A program made the translations under genes and the position numbers. The notes beneath the pieces were generated by a model. The model made no database searches. It saw nothing but the letters and a program-made list of their open reading frames with translations, and had not been told where the DNA came from. Shown piece by piece: positions 1-9,048 of a stretch of 64,000 nt of DNA; the stretch's first letter is position 1, and each line of letters opens with the position of its first letter. Source of the DNA: Candidatus Multivoradales bacterium (GTDB taxonomy: Bacteria > Acidobacteriota > Thermoanaerobaculia > Multivoradales > JAHEKO01); contig CBDFIJ010000004.1 in assembly GCA_965248055.1 (NCBI GenBank), forward strand, positions 768,001 through 832,000, written 5' to 3'.

Positions 1-8
1 TTGATTTC

Positions 9-179
9 CTACGTCCCCCACACGCCAGCTGAACGGGGTAGTAGAAGAAGCTCCTTCACAATCCCCTCGGCGAGGTGTCTGAGGAACTCGTTTTCGACGG
101 CCTTTTTGAGCTTATCCTTGTCAACACCGTGCTTTTTCACCTCGTCTTGAATGAGCGTCTCTAGTTGCGTTCTTGACAT
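9..179 (-). CDS. Small hypothetical protein, 56 aa (MSRTQLETLIQDEVKKHGVDKDKLKKAVENEFLRHLAEGIVKELLLLPRSAGVWGT); below ORF-track cutoff
   Basis: Translated by hand: ATG at 179, TAG at 11-9, AGGAGG SD at 193-188; same strand as the rest of the element. Confidence 0.6.
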   Translation of the reverse strand: MSRTQLETLIQDEVKKHGVDKDKLKKAVENEFLRHLAEGIVKELLLLPRSAGVWGT

Positions 180-350
180 TGGTTAGTCCTCCTTTTCTCA
201 GTTGGTATTTGTGTGGCCGCTTCGACCTTACATCAGGGCGAACCATATCTGACGGCGACCGTCGTCGCCTCAGACGCAGCGACTACGGGAGAGAACAACC
301 CTCGAACGCTGATCGGTTGGGTTGGACTCGATGGTTACAATGCGGTGGCT

Positions 351-656
351 TCAGCGTATGGCTGACGTGTTGAACTCATCTTCTGGGATTCGAGCTACGG
401 CGGTGGCTTGCTTCTGTTGGTCTGCGCTCATTCCAGCTTCTGCGGCAATATCGCGCTTACTCCTAAAAGGTGGGGTATCCCCCTTTTTAGTACTCGGAAG
501 ATTCCTTCCATCCCTTCCATCAAACTCACGCATCAACTCCCCAGCACGGCGGATTGCTCTTTCGTAACCGCCACGGATATTTCGCACCCGCTGGCAAGCG
601 AGCACACCTTCAACAACCGTGACGATGGAACGGTCTCGATATTTCACCGTTACCAC
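351..656 (-). CDS. Phage-type hypothetical protein, possibly a fragment
   Basis: RAIRRAGELMREF...AAEAGMSADQQKQATAVARIPEDEF resembles a helical phage DNA-binding segment; start uncertain. Confidence 0.4.
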   Translation of the reverse strand: MVTVKYRDRSIVTVVEGVLACQRVRNIRGGYERAIRRAGELMREFDGRDGRNLPSTKKGDTPPFRSKRDIAAEAGMSADQQKQATAVARIPEDEFNTSAIR

Positions 657-790
657 TCCGTCGGCCGCCTACGGCCAAGCAAGCGACGACAAACAGGACA
701 ACGGATATCTTCAATCATCGTTAGTTGGCAGGTTGCACCACAAAGGAGAAAGGTGCTGCGGCGCCTGCCGTCGCCGGACGGAGGCACGCC

Positions 791-1294
791 TCAAATTTGG
801 GCGAGCGAGCGCTCTGCCTTTTCTTCCGCTTTCTTGAGCTGACGCTCAACCTCGGCAATCTGAGGCTCAAGGAAGCAAAGTGGCCTCGCTCGCGACGCAA
901 CAGGGCCTAGCTCAGCCTCAAGCTCGGCTGGCATTCGTGGGGCAACCAGCGGGGAGATGTGTTCTGGCCAGCCGCTTTCGATCCATTCCAGGGACAGCTC
1001 GATTCCGCTGTAGTCGTGGCCGGTTGCAGACGGTAGGCGCTCTTTCAATACTTTTTTTGCATCCAAAAGGGCAGTCCTCGTTTCGCGCAAGGGCACTAGC
1101 TCAGCCTCAGCTCGCTCCAAGGCTTGGAGCGCACTCCCCAGCGAGCCACTAACGGCTCGCATCAAGAATAGCTCCTCTGTCAGCTCGCGGCGCTTTCTTG
1201 GAATCGCTTCGCCGTCGATCACATCGGGCAAAACGGCGATTGCTTCCCTGCTGCGAGTGTGCGCTTCACGCAGCTGGTCTGTTAATGCAGTCAT
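791..1294 (-). CDS. Hypothetical coiled-coil protein of the integrated element
   Basis: 167-aa ORF with ATGA overlap with the upstream ORF; helical Leu/Glu/Ala-rich composition. Confidence 0.65.
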   Translation of the reverse strand: MTALTDQLREAHTRSREAIAVLPDVIDGEAIPRKRRELTEELFLMRAVSGSLGSALQALERAEAELVPLRETRTALLDAKKVLKERLPSATGHDYSGIELSLEWIESGWPEHISPLVAPRMPAELEAELGPVASRARPLCFLEPQIAEVERQLKKAEEKAERSLAQI

Positions 1295-1674
1295 ACGTGC
1301 AGCCCGTAGGTGTCTGGGCCTTGCCCTGGAGCCGTTTTCGCCTTTTTGGCCAGATGTTTTTTCTCGTCGGTTTTTTCGTGCAGGCCGTATGTGTCCAAGG
1401 GGAGGACCTCAGCCCTTGCAATGGTAAGCCGCTGCTTACGGATGGGGGATGTCGTCGGCATGTCGGTCAAGCCGTATGGGTTGAACCACGTGACTGCCGG
1501 TCGCAAGGCCCGTGACTGCTTTGCAGCGGACGGCCCCAAGGCGGCCAGCAGCGCAATGAACTGGTCTCGTTCGCGCTCCAGCACCTTGATTTTCGCCGCG
1601 TGTGGGCACGGCGAGTTTGAGTGTTCACTTCTTGGCATTTTGATATTCCTCCGTCGATTTCTGTTCTGATTCAA
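1291..1674 (-). CDS. Hypothetical protein with repeated (N/D)(P/T)YGL motif
   Basis: Directly downstream of terL; contains NPYGLT and two DTYGLH copies. Confidence 0.6.
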   Translation of the reverse strand: MNQNRNRRRNIKMPRSEHSNSPCPHAAKIKVLERERDQFIALLAALGPSAAKQSRALRPAVTWFNPYGLTDMPTTSPIRKQRLTIARAEVLPLDTYGLHEKTDEKKHLAKKAKTAPGQGPDTYGLHV

Positions 1675-1679
1675 AACCT

Positions 1680-3215
1680 CTAGTGAAGCAAATTCTTCAC
1701 TTGTAGGTCGGTAATAATTTGGCCAGCGAAAGCTCGTCGCGATCGCATGATTTCGCTTTGTCGTTCTGGACTGAGACCAGGATTTTCCATCCGAGCTGGC
1801 GGACCAAGGCCGCTACTACCCCAAGTTCCTGCAATTCGTTCAGGCTCCCGCCCGGCAAGCGTCAGCGCGCCAGCAGCCGCATTGACCAAATCGTCATGCC
1901 CGCTCGACGCATGGTCGATAACATCCCGCCCACCTCGTGAAGTTCGGCGCTCCAAGCCCACAAGCTGTGCTTGCAATCTCTCGTGCTCCAGAAGTTCTAC
2001 GCGACCCGAGTTGAGCAGCGGCAGCAGTTCTGAGTAAATCGCCGTCTTCACCTTCGCGGAAGGCTCAAGAGTGATTCCGTGTTTTCCCATCGCCTCAGTT
2101 GCAAAGTCAGCGGCGAAACGGTCCGCCGTCGCGTCAGTCAATCGATACCGCTTCAGCGCCGCAGCAAACTGGCTGCACACCTCGGCTGGGGAAAACGGCG
2201 GTCTTACCTCCCGTACTAGGTCCAGAATCGAAACCTCCTGCCCATCCCGGTCCTCGACGTGAGCAATTGCCAACGTCGCGGAGTCCGCGCCTGAGCCGCC
2301 CGCAAAGTCAAGGAATCCAGCGTAAGAGACGTCATGAATCGGCCCAAGCTCCAATCGCCCCGGCACAGTTGCGCGCTCAACAATCTCCAGCGGCACGAAA
2401 TTCTCGATGTCACTTCGAAACTGAGCCAACCACTCCGCCCGTGCCGATGACTCGTCATCAGCCAGCGCACGGTCAACTTCAGACTGTGGAACTGTCGGAT
2501 TCAGCGCCCGAGTCGGTGCCTGCACTACTAGCACGTCGCCAGACTTGCCATAGTGCCGCTTGTGCGCCCGCCAAAGCTCACCTTTGCGCGCATATGGAGA
2601 AGACAGGCACAGCAGCATCGAACCCGGTACCGTCGCCATAGCTGGCCGCAGCGCGTTCAAAATCTCCCGGTCAGGTTGCGCCGATGAGTCAACCGGCCAA
2701 AATGCAATTTCATCGGCGGCCACACCGATGATGCTGTAACCGCGAACACTGCGAAAGGATGCCGTGTGAATTTCGATTATCAGCCCGTTGGTCAAACGAA
2801 TCTCGGTCTTGGTTTCCGATTCCACCAACTGCGACAGAACCGGAGTCGATGCCAGCAGCCCCGACACATACCGCCGAATAACTCTGGCTTGTCGACGGTC
2901 AGCGGCGATCACCATGAACGTTCCAACCTCACCCGGCGACAGCGAATACTCTCGGCAGGTAGTCAGGAACACGGCCACCACAGCCGCAATCAAAGACTTG
3001 CCGCCACGACGTCCAACTATCGCCCAAAGCTCTCTAGCTTGAGACTGTGGCGCCTCACTTCGGTCCGTCAATTCTTCGAACGTCGCCAGCTCGCCAGCAT
3101 CCAACGCCAGACCAAACAACGCCTTGAGAATCACCCGCCAGCCAGCCCAAGAGTCACCCTCAAACTGCCCTGGCAAGACTCGATCAAGAAACTCAATGAT
3201 CGTGCGCTCAGCCAT
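1680..3215 (-). CDS. Phage terminase large subunit
   Basis: Walker A GRRGGKS, Walker B VAADE, motif III LSSP, nuclease-domain FLDFAGG..DS and C-terminal GHDD. Confidence 0.9.
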   Translation of the reverse strand: MAERTIIEFLDRVLPGQFEGDSWAGWRVILKALFGLALDAGELATFEELTDRSEAPQSQARELWAIVGRRGGKSLIAAVVAVFLTTCREYSLSPGEVGTFMVIAADRRQARVIRRYVSGLLASTPVLSQLVESETKTEIRLTNGLIIEIHTASFRSVRGYSIIGVAADEIAFWPVDSSAQPDREILNALRPAMATVPGSMLLCLSSPYARKGELWRAHKRHYGKSGDVLVVQAPTRALNPTVPQSEVDRALADDESSARAEWLAQFRSDIENFVPLEIVERATVPGRLELGPIHDVSYAGFLDFAGGSGADSATLAIAHVEDRDGQEVSILDLVREVRPPFSPAEVCSQFAAALKRYRLTDATADRFAADFATEAMGKHGITLEPSAKVKTAIYSELLPLLNSGRVELLEHERLQAQLVGLERRTSRGGRDVIDHASSGHDDLVNAAAGALTLAGREPERIAGTWGSSGLGPPARMENPGLSPERQSEIMRSRRAFAGQIITDLQVKNLLH

Positions 3216-3738
3216 TAAGCACCTCATCTAATGTTGGTGCTAGCTTCGGCTCACGTTTCAGCCCGACCAAACGCAAATGGCGCTCCACTCGATCACATGC
3301 TTGGACCCAGACAACTAGTGCCCGGCGAGTACGTCCAGCACTCGTCAGTGGACCACCAGATTCTGAGACACGGGAAAACGCTGAATCACGAATTGTCACA
3401 GCTTGAGCCAACCCGCTAGCAGCCTGTTTAAGCGCCTCGGGTGCTGATTCCCGACTGTGGCCAGCATCGCTTAGAACCGCGTCCTCAAGCTCCCTCAGCG
3501 CCGCAGCTTGAGCCTTCCAAAACGCTGCGCTGCGATGACCAGCAACAAGTGCAGTTTGATTCCCCGGCAGCACGTGACCACGTTCGCATCGGTCGCTCTT
3601 TTCGAGGTGCGGACCAGCTCCACAAGTGCAAGCCGTCAACGGTCCGTTCTCCATTCCGACTACGCCAGACGGAGCTTGGGCTGCTACACGGTCGCTACAC
3701 AGCCTGTTATTAGTTGGCTTATCTAGTTGATTCATCAA
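3208..3738 (-). CDS. Putative terminase small subunit / hypothetical protein
   Basis: Overlaps the terL start; PGNQTALVAGH motif followed by helices, as in TerS-like proteins; position is the main evidence. Confidence 0.5.
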   Translation of the reverse strand: MMNQLDKPTNNRLCSDRVAAQAPSGVVGMENGPLTACTCGAGPHLEKSDRCERGHVLPGNQTALVAGHRSAAFWKAQAAALRELEDAVLSDAGHSRESAPEALKQAASGLAQAVTIRDSAFSRVSESGGPLTSAGRTRRALVVWVQACDRVERHLRLVGLKREPKLAPTLDEVLNG

Positions 3739-3782
3739 TAGTTAGCTCATATCCGTTTGTAGCTTCATTGGCTCTAGGTCGG

Positions 3783-3989
3783 CTAGGTTTCTTGGCCCTG
3801 CACATCGGGTTCTGCTTCTTGAGTTGGTTCGTTGATGGTGTTTGCGAGCACGGCAGGTTCGCAGTCGCAGGGATCTCCGGCGAAGATGCCGCAGTCTTCG
3901 TCGTGTTCTACGTTGACTTCAACGACGTCACCGGGGCGAAGCTGTTCGGCAATGACTTCTAGCGCTGGGTAGTAGTTCGGTCGCTTCAT
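3783..3989 (-). CDS. Small phage-type protein with HDxxC...CxC metal-binding motif
   Basis: HDEDCGIFAGDPCDCEP; ATGA overlap with the helicase stop. Confidence 0.65.
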   Translation of the reverse strand: MKRPNYYPALEVIAEQLRPGDVVEVNVEHDEDCGIFAGDPCDCEPAVLANTINEPTQEAEPDVQGQET

Positions 3990-5461
3990 CCTGCTCCCTT
4001 CGCTTTCGGGTGATCCGGACTACCGTGTCCCGTGCGAGACTTATGTCTCGCAATTCGGGAAACGCTGTGTGTCCCCGACCGTTTCCCGGATCGAGAATCT
4101 TCAATTTCCCGTTGGTCGGACACGGTGGAAACGCTCGCGTCTGAAACCGTTTCCCGAACCGTGTCCCGCGTGTTAGGCCGGGAAACGCTTTTCGGTGCCG
4201 AATATCGACGTCTGGCAGGGCTTCCGCCTTCGGTGATCCTGCCGTCGGCGATCAGGTTTGTAAGTGCTTGCCGGACGGTTGCGGCGCGACTGGAAACAGC
4301 GTCGAGGATCGAGCGCTGGGAGCAACCATCGTTCGCGCTCACGTGAGAAACGATGTCGCCAGAGATTTCGTCGGTTCCGCGTTCGTCCGAGTCCAGCTCG
4401 AACCGGTTGCCCACCAGCCTCACAGTGAACTCTCCGCGTCCGTAGCGGCCTCGATACTCGATCTTGCGCCGAGTACCCGATCCAGCTCGCATAGTTGCGA
4501 TCACGTCGACTGCGGCTTCGATTTCACCACTGTCGCGGCTTGTGCCGTCTGATTTTCTGGCGTGATGAAGAATTAACAGCGCCGCGCCGGTTTCGCGCGC
4601 GAGCCTCACGAGCGGGCGAACCACTCGCGACCACTGGGTCGAACTTCCGCTCTCTGGGGCAATGTGCTGGGCAACATCCGCCAGACTGTCCACAATGATA
4701 AGAATCGGGTCGGTATCCGCAGCAGCGGCGCGAATTTCTGCGGTTGGGTCACTCCTCCATTGGAGGACCGAAACAACCTCAAGGTCTGCGTTCATGTCGC
4801 GCAGCCGTCTTGCCAAGTCGGCGGGGTATTCCTCGCTCGCGATCAGGACCGGGCCTCTCTTTGCGACGGAACCGAGGAATTCACTGCTGGTCGAAACGCA
4901 AGCGGCCCCGTAAGTGGAGAGAGTCGATTTCCCGAGCTTTGCCGGGGCAACTAACAGTGTCACCCTCCCCGGCCATGCGAGCTTGTTCAGTACCGGGCTC
5001 GGTAGGTCAACGCCTTCCGTGACGATCTCCGCAGCCGTTCGAGCAAGGCTTATCGCCTCGCATGGCGTGGCAAGTACCTCTTCCAGCTCAGCGCGCGCGC
5101 GTTCGTCGTCAGGATCCTCAACGAGCTTCTGAGCCGCAGTTGTGACCTTCCGCTTTTGCGCTGCCCGACGAACTGCGACCACGTAGTCGCCTACGCGCTC
5201 GACATCCGGCAGCGAGGTTTCCAGCCCTGCCAACTCGGCGATGGTGACATTCGAGCCGGCGGCTTCCAACTCAGCACCTACTGTGCGCAAATCGGGCACC
5301 GCATCGGTGCCGACTACTCTCGCAATGGCGTCGCGGATCTCTCCGCAGCGAGCGCTTGCGAAATCCTCGGCGGCAAGCTCCAGGACGACATCTGCTGAGG
5401 ATGGGTCAACCAGCACAGCACCGATAGCTGCGCGCTCCGCTTCGTGTAGGTGCGGGTTCAC
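3986..5461 (-). CDS. Replication protein: DnaB N-terminal-like domain + AAA_25/RecA-like helicase + C-terminal winged HTH
   Basis: N-terminal EAERAAIGAVL...EDF; Walker A APAKLGKS; Walker B LIIVDS; LHHARK; wHTH SQRSILDAV...VRQALTNLIADGRI. Confidence 0.85.
   Translation of the reverse strand: MNPHLHEAERAAIGAVLVDPSSADVVLELAAEDFASARCGEIRDAIARVVGTDAVPDLRTVGAELEAAGSNVTIAELAGLETSLPDVERVGDYVVAVRRAAQKRKVTTAAQKLVEDPDDERARAELEEVLATPCEAISLARTAAEIVTEGVDLPSPVLNKLAWPGRVTLLVAPAKLGKSTLSTYGAACVSTSSEFLGSVAKRGPVLIASEEYPADLARRLRDMNADLEVVSVLQWRSDPTAEIRAAAADTDPILIIVDSLADVAQHIAPESGSSTQWSRVVRPLVRLARETGAALLILHHARKSDGTSRDSGEIEAAVDVIATMRAGSGTRRKIEYRGRYGRGEFTVRLVGNRFELDSDERGTDEISGDIVSHVSANDGCSQRSILDAVSSRAATVRQALTNLIADGRITEGGSPARRRYSAPKSVSRPNTRDTVRETVSDASVSTVSDQREIEDSRSGKRSGTHSVSRIARHKSRTGHGSPDHPKAKGAG
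4022..4189. repeat. Cluster of 10-11 bp iteron-like repeats A(C/G)CGT(G/T)TCC(C)G in both orientations; candidate origin
   Basis: Direct copies at 4022-4032, 4078-4088, 4146-4156, 4158-4168; inverted copies at 4056-4066, 4117-4126, 4126-4135, 4179-4189. Confidence 0.7.
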
Positions 5462-5676
5462 GCCCGACCCCGGTCGCTAGTGCTCGTCATTAACCGGGAC
5501 TCAACGAAGCGCTCAAGGTCGCTGGGGCGATACCTGACGGCCTTCGGCGATAGGCGCACGAACCGAGGGCCACCGCCCCGTAGTCGAAAACTTTCGAGTG
5601 TTCGTGGAGACAAGCCGAGCCGGTCGGCGGCTTGACGAGTGTTCAAGAGTCTTCCGATAGTTGACGTCGTACTCAT
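5458..5676 (-). CDS. AlpA/excisionase-like HTH_17 DNA-binding protein
   Basis: LLNTRQAADRLGLSPRTLESFRLRGGGPRFVRLSPKAVRYRPSDLERF. Confidence 0.9.
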   Translation of the reverse strand: MSTTSTIGRLLNTRQAADRLGLSPRTLESFRLRGGGPRFVRLSPKAVRYRPSDLERFVESRLMTSTSDRGRA

Positions 5677-5731
5677 CGCGTCCACCATCGTATGCAGCCG
5701 TAGCTGCTCCAGCTCACGGTTAACTTCCGAG

Positions 5732-6181
5732 TTAGTCGGGAGGGGCGGTAGTCGCGTGTAGGTAAAACATCGTCGCAAGCTCTTCGGCTGCACGACCATC
5801 GACAGCACTAATCGGTCGCTTGTCGGCACCAAGGTTGATTTCCAATCCTCGCCGGTACTCCCTCCGCGCTACCTCAATCTGAGAAACCGAGCAATTCAGG
5901 ATCTGTCCGGCTGCAGAATCCGCATGGCGACGACGACCTTTCGCGTGCACTACGTCGGCCCGGAGAGTGTCTCCAGCCAGGTCCAGCGGAAACGTTCCGG
6001 CGTAGATACCCTCAGCCACGATAGCTCTGCGTAGTCGGCGCATGACCCGCTCCATTGGCGGGTCTGCCGGGCGATTCGCAGGGCGTGCAGCTAGAGACTC
6101 CATTTCCGCTGCAACCCTGTTTGGGTCACGACCGTTTCGCAGCTCTCCCGCCAGGCGTAGTGCGTCTTTTTTTTGGATCAT
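5732..6181 (-). CDS. Hypothetical protein (possible regulator)
   Basis: ATGA overlap with the integrase stop; sits between int and xis. Confidence 0.6.
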   Translation of the reverse strand: MIQKKDALRLAGELRNGRDPNRVAAEMESLAARPANRPADPPMERVMRRLRRAIVAEGIYAGTFPLDLAGDTLRADVVHAKGRRRHADSAAGQILNCSVSQIEVARREYRRGLEINLGADKRPISAVDGRAAEELATMFYLHATTAPPD

Positions 6182-7491
6182 CGTTCGCCTCTGAACTCCA
6201 GCACCTTCGCCTCTCTACAATCCAGCGCCTGAGCGATCCTCGCCGTAACCCGGTCAGCGATCTCCCTCAACTGAGCGTTGTCGACATGAATATAGGAATT
6301 GAGTACCGGGTCTTTGACAGCGGCTCTACCAGTTAGGGCACCGGCAAAGGCTGGACCTTCCTGAAAGGCAATCGACTCGAATGTATGACGTAGGGAATGG
6401 AGGTCACAGCCATCGATCCCAGCAGCTTGGTAGATCCACCTACGCGGCTTATCGATCCCGACTAATGGAGCTGTTGGGTTCAATGGTGACCTAACAACTG
6501 GCGCCCCGTCTACACCCTCCGGCTTCACCTTGCTCAACAACTCCACCGCCGTAGCACCCAATGGAAGGGTCCGAGGTTGGCCGCCTTTCCCGCCACTACC
6601 GCCCCCGTGAGCTTCCAATTTGTACGAACCAACCTCTAGGTCAACATCACCCCAACGTAGCCCTTCACGTGGCCCCCTGTAGGCCAGAGTCATGTGCCCA
6701 AGTAATTCGCTTCTCCGCATGCCAGTTAGAGCAAAGGTGCGTATCGCTAGAGCAACGTTGGGGTGAATTGTCTTGGACTTGTCCCCGATCTTGATCGACT
6801 CCCCCGCTTCAACCTTGCGCAGCACTTCCCCAAGCCGCCCTAGCTCCTCAGTGGTCAATGCTCGACGTGGATTCTTTGGTGGCGCGTTGAACTTCTTAAC
6901 CCGTGATGCTGGGTTGGTGTCGATCAGTCCTTCTGTAGCGGCATGCTCCAGGACGGCGTGTAACACCATCCTCAAGTGGTCTGCAGTGGTGGGTGTGTCG
7001 GATAGCTTGCGGTGCATCCGTCTCACGTCATCGACGGTCACATCCTGGATACGTCTTTTCTTCATCGCTGGCGGGACGTGCCTTCTCCATACCCCTTTGG
7101 CGAACGTGAGGCTTGACAATCGACCACGGCGAGCACCAGCCTCCGCCCTCGCTTTGAGATCTTCAAAGTAGCGACTGGCAACATCGTCAAACGCCTCACC
7201 CTCCCTGGCCCGTCTCCGTTGCTCCATCGGATCTACACCCGTGGCCGCACCATACAAATGCTTCTTAGCCAGTTTGCGGCCCTCGTCCACAGTCAATTGA
7301 CCAAAGTTCCCGACAGTCATTCTCCGACGCCTAGATCCATCCCGGTATTCAACAAAAAATGCCTTGGCCCCACCCGCGGTAACCCGCAATCCGAACCCCT
7401 TCAACTCTGTATCGCGGTAGAGGGTCTGATTCGATGCCCCAGCGTGCTGGGCAGCATCGCAAACAGTCTTGGTCAGTTTCTTCGCTGGCAT
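6178..7491 (-). CDS. Tyrosine recombinase/integrase with N-terminal Arm-DNA-binding (DUF4102-type) domain
   Basis: YRDTELKGFGLRVTAGGAKAF arm domain; catalytic TGMRRSE, HSLRH and Y in LNSYIH; adjacent to a tRNA 3' end. Confidence 0.93.
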   Translation of the reverse strand: MPAKKLTKTVCDAAQHAGASNQTLYRDTELKGFGLRVTAGGAKAFFVEYRDGSRRRRMTVGNFGQLTVDEGRKLAKKHLYGAATGVDPMEQRRRAREGEAFDDVASRYFEDLKARAEAGARRGRLSSLTFAKGVWRRHVPPAMKKRRIQDVTVDDVRRMHRKLSDTPTTADHLRMVLHAVLEHAATEGLIDTNPASRVKKFNAPPKNPRRALTTEELGRLGEVLRKVEAGESIKIGDKSKTIHPNVALAIRTFALTGMRRSELLGHMTLAYRGPREGLRWGDVDLEVGSYKLEAHGGGSGGKGGQPRTLPLGATAVELLSKVKPEGVDGAPVVRSPLNPTAPLVGIDKPRRWIYQAAGIDGCDLHSLRHTFESIAFQEGPAFAGALTGRAAVKDPVLNSYIHVDNAQLREIADRVTARIAQALDCREAKVLEFRGER

Positions 7492-7709
7492 CTATGCACC
7501 TCCATTCCCCGACCTAGAGCTTGTGGATCCGTTGATCCGGCGACAACTTACAAGCGACCTACAGTTTGATAATCCGTTGGTCGAAATGGTTCTCGTGTAT
7601 CGCCTGTGTAGCACTTTCGGCCCGTTCCATGACGTAGACCAGCGTACCACGTGCGGCGAGCACATGCCAAGTTTACCTGTTATTTATTGACGTTCTTCGA
7701 AGAAAGTGG

Positions 7710-7786
7710 TGGTGCGGCTGGAGGGAGTCGAACCCCCGACCTAGAGCTTAGGAGGCTCTCGCTCTATCCAGCTGAGCTACAGCCGC
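7710..7786 (-). tRNA. tRNA-Arg (anticodon CCT)
   Basis: Folded by hand: GCGGCTG acceptor stem, AGAGC-CT-CCT-AA-GCTCT anticodon arm, GTTCGA T-loop, encoded CCA. Confidence 0.97.
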
Positions 7787-7822
7787 GTCTTGGCGACCAG
7801 GATTCTACCGATCTTCCATTTT

Positions 7823-8341
7823 CTAGTACTGCAATAAAGCCTCGAGACGATAGCCCTCGAGCGCTGCGCGTCCCTCGAGCCCGACCAACTCAATCAAAAC
7901 TTCAACCGCCACGACATCTCCACCTAGGCCGGATATCAGGTCAGCGGTGGCGCGGGCAGTGCCTCCGGTGGCGATCAGGTCGTCCAGGATCAAGACCTTA
8001 TCCCCTTCTTGGATCGCGTCAGCGTGGACTTCAACAGTGTCGGAGCCGTATTCCAGGTCGTAGCTTTGGCTGCGGGTTTCGGCGGGCAGTTTGCCAACTT
8101 TGCGCACAGGAACAAACCCGACATTCAGCTCGTAGGCGACCACCGGGCCGAGAATGAACCCTCGCGACTCGATACCGACAATCTTGTCGATCTTGGTATC
8201 TTCGACCAATTCCATTAAGCCGTGTATCGCTTTGCGGAGGCCCAACGGATCGATTAGCAGCGTGGTGATGTCATAAAAAAGAATCCCCGGTTTGGGGAAA
8301 TCTGGGATTTCACGAATATAGCTCTTGAGTTCATGTGACAT
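7823..8341 (-). CDS. apt: Adenine phosphoribosyltransferase
   Basis: IPDFPKPGILFYDIT, GIESRGF, PRPP motif LDDLIATGGT. Confidence 0.97.
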   Translation of the reverse strand: MSHELKSYIREIPDFPKPGILFYDITTLLIDPLGLRKAIHGLMELVEDTKIDKIVGIESRGFILGPVVAYELNVGFVPVRKVGKLPAETRSQSYDLEYGSDTVEVHADAIQEGDKVLILDDLIATGGTARATADLISGLGGDVVAVEVLIELVGLEGRAALEGYRLEALLQY

Positions 8342-8358
8342 AGGAAGTCCTAGTGAGA

Positions 8359-9015
8359 TTAGTCGGCGACCGGCGGCTCTGGATCCGCCACCGGTGATTC
8401 GGGATCGGTGCGTCCGATCCTGCCGGCGCCCCTGCCGAGCAACCAGAACCCACCGATCAGCAGGATAACAAAGGCAATGGTGAGGACACCGAGGTAGTTT
8501 TCAATAAACGCCTGAATGGGAGTGCCGAACAGACGGATCAACCCGGCAACCAGAAAAAACCGAGCGGATCGGGAGAGTATCGAGGCGATGACAAAAATGC
8601 GGAAATTGACGGCGAAGACTCCCCCGGCGATGGTGAAGACTTTGTAGGGAATCGGGGTCAGGCCGGCGATACCGGTCGCCCAAGCGTTGTAGCGATCATA
8701 GAGTTCTTCGACTTTCTGAATCCGGTCACTGCCACCAAACATTTTTTGCAGAATCGGCCGACCGCCTTTGATGCCGATACCGTAGCCGGCGATGCCGCCG
8801 AGGACTGAGCCCAGGCTGCAGATAAAGGCAAACCACACCCAGCGAGTGGGGTCGCCCAAAACCAAGGCGATCAGCAATACGTCTGCGGCTATCGGGAAGA
8901 AGCTACTCTCCATAAAGGCGAGGGCGAACAGCGCCCATGAGCCGTGCGGAGAGCCGGCCCAACTCTCCACCCAACGCAGCAAGTCGTGGAGCATGGTTTC
9001 AAATCGATGCCACAT
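8359..9015 (-). CDS. YqaA/DedA (VTT domain) membrane protein
   Basis: LAFMESSFFPI, GSVLGG..GY, TPIPYKVFTI. Confidence 0.9.
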   Translation of the reverse strand: MWHRFETMLHDLLRWVESWAGSPHGSWALFALAFMESSFFPIAADVLLIALVLGDPTRWVWFAFICSLGSVLGGIAGYGIGIKGGRPILQKMFGGSDRIQKVEELYDRYNAWATGIAGLTPIPYKVFTIAGGVFAVNFRIFVIASILSRSARFFLVAGLIRLFGTPIQAFIENYLGVLTIAFVILLIGGFWLLGRGAGRIGRTDPESPVADPEPPVAD

Positions 9016-9048
9016 TATGAGCCCGGATGATCCAAGATGTTGTGACGC

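Larger units (their letters stand above)
1..7709 (-). mobile_element. Phage-satellite/prophage-like element integrated at tRNA-Arg; distal end outside the window
   Basis: Co-oriented int-xis-helicase-terS-terL module starting about 220 bp from the tRNA CCA end; no duplicated tRNA 3' end seen in the window. Confidence 0.85.
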
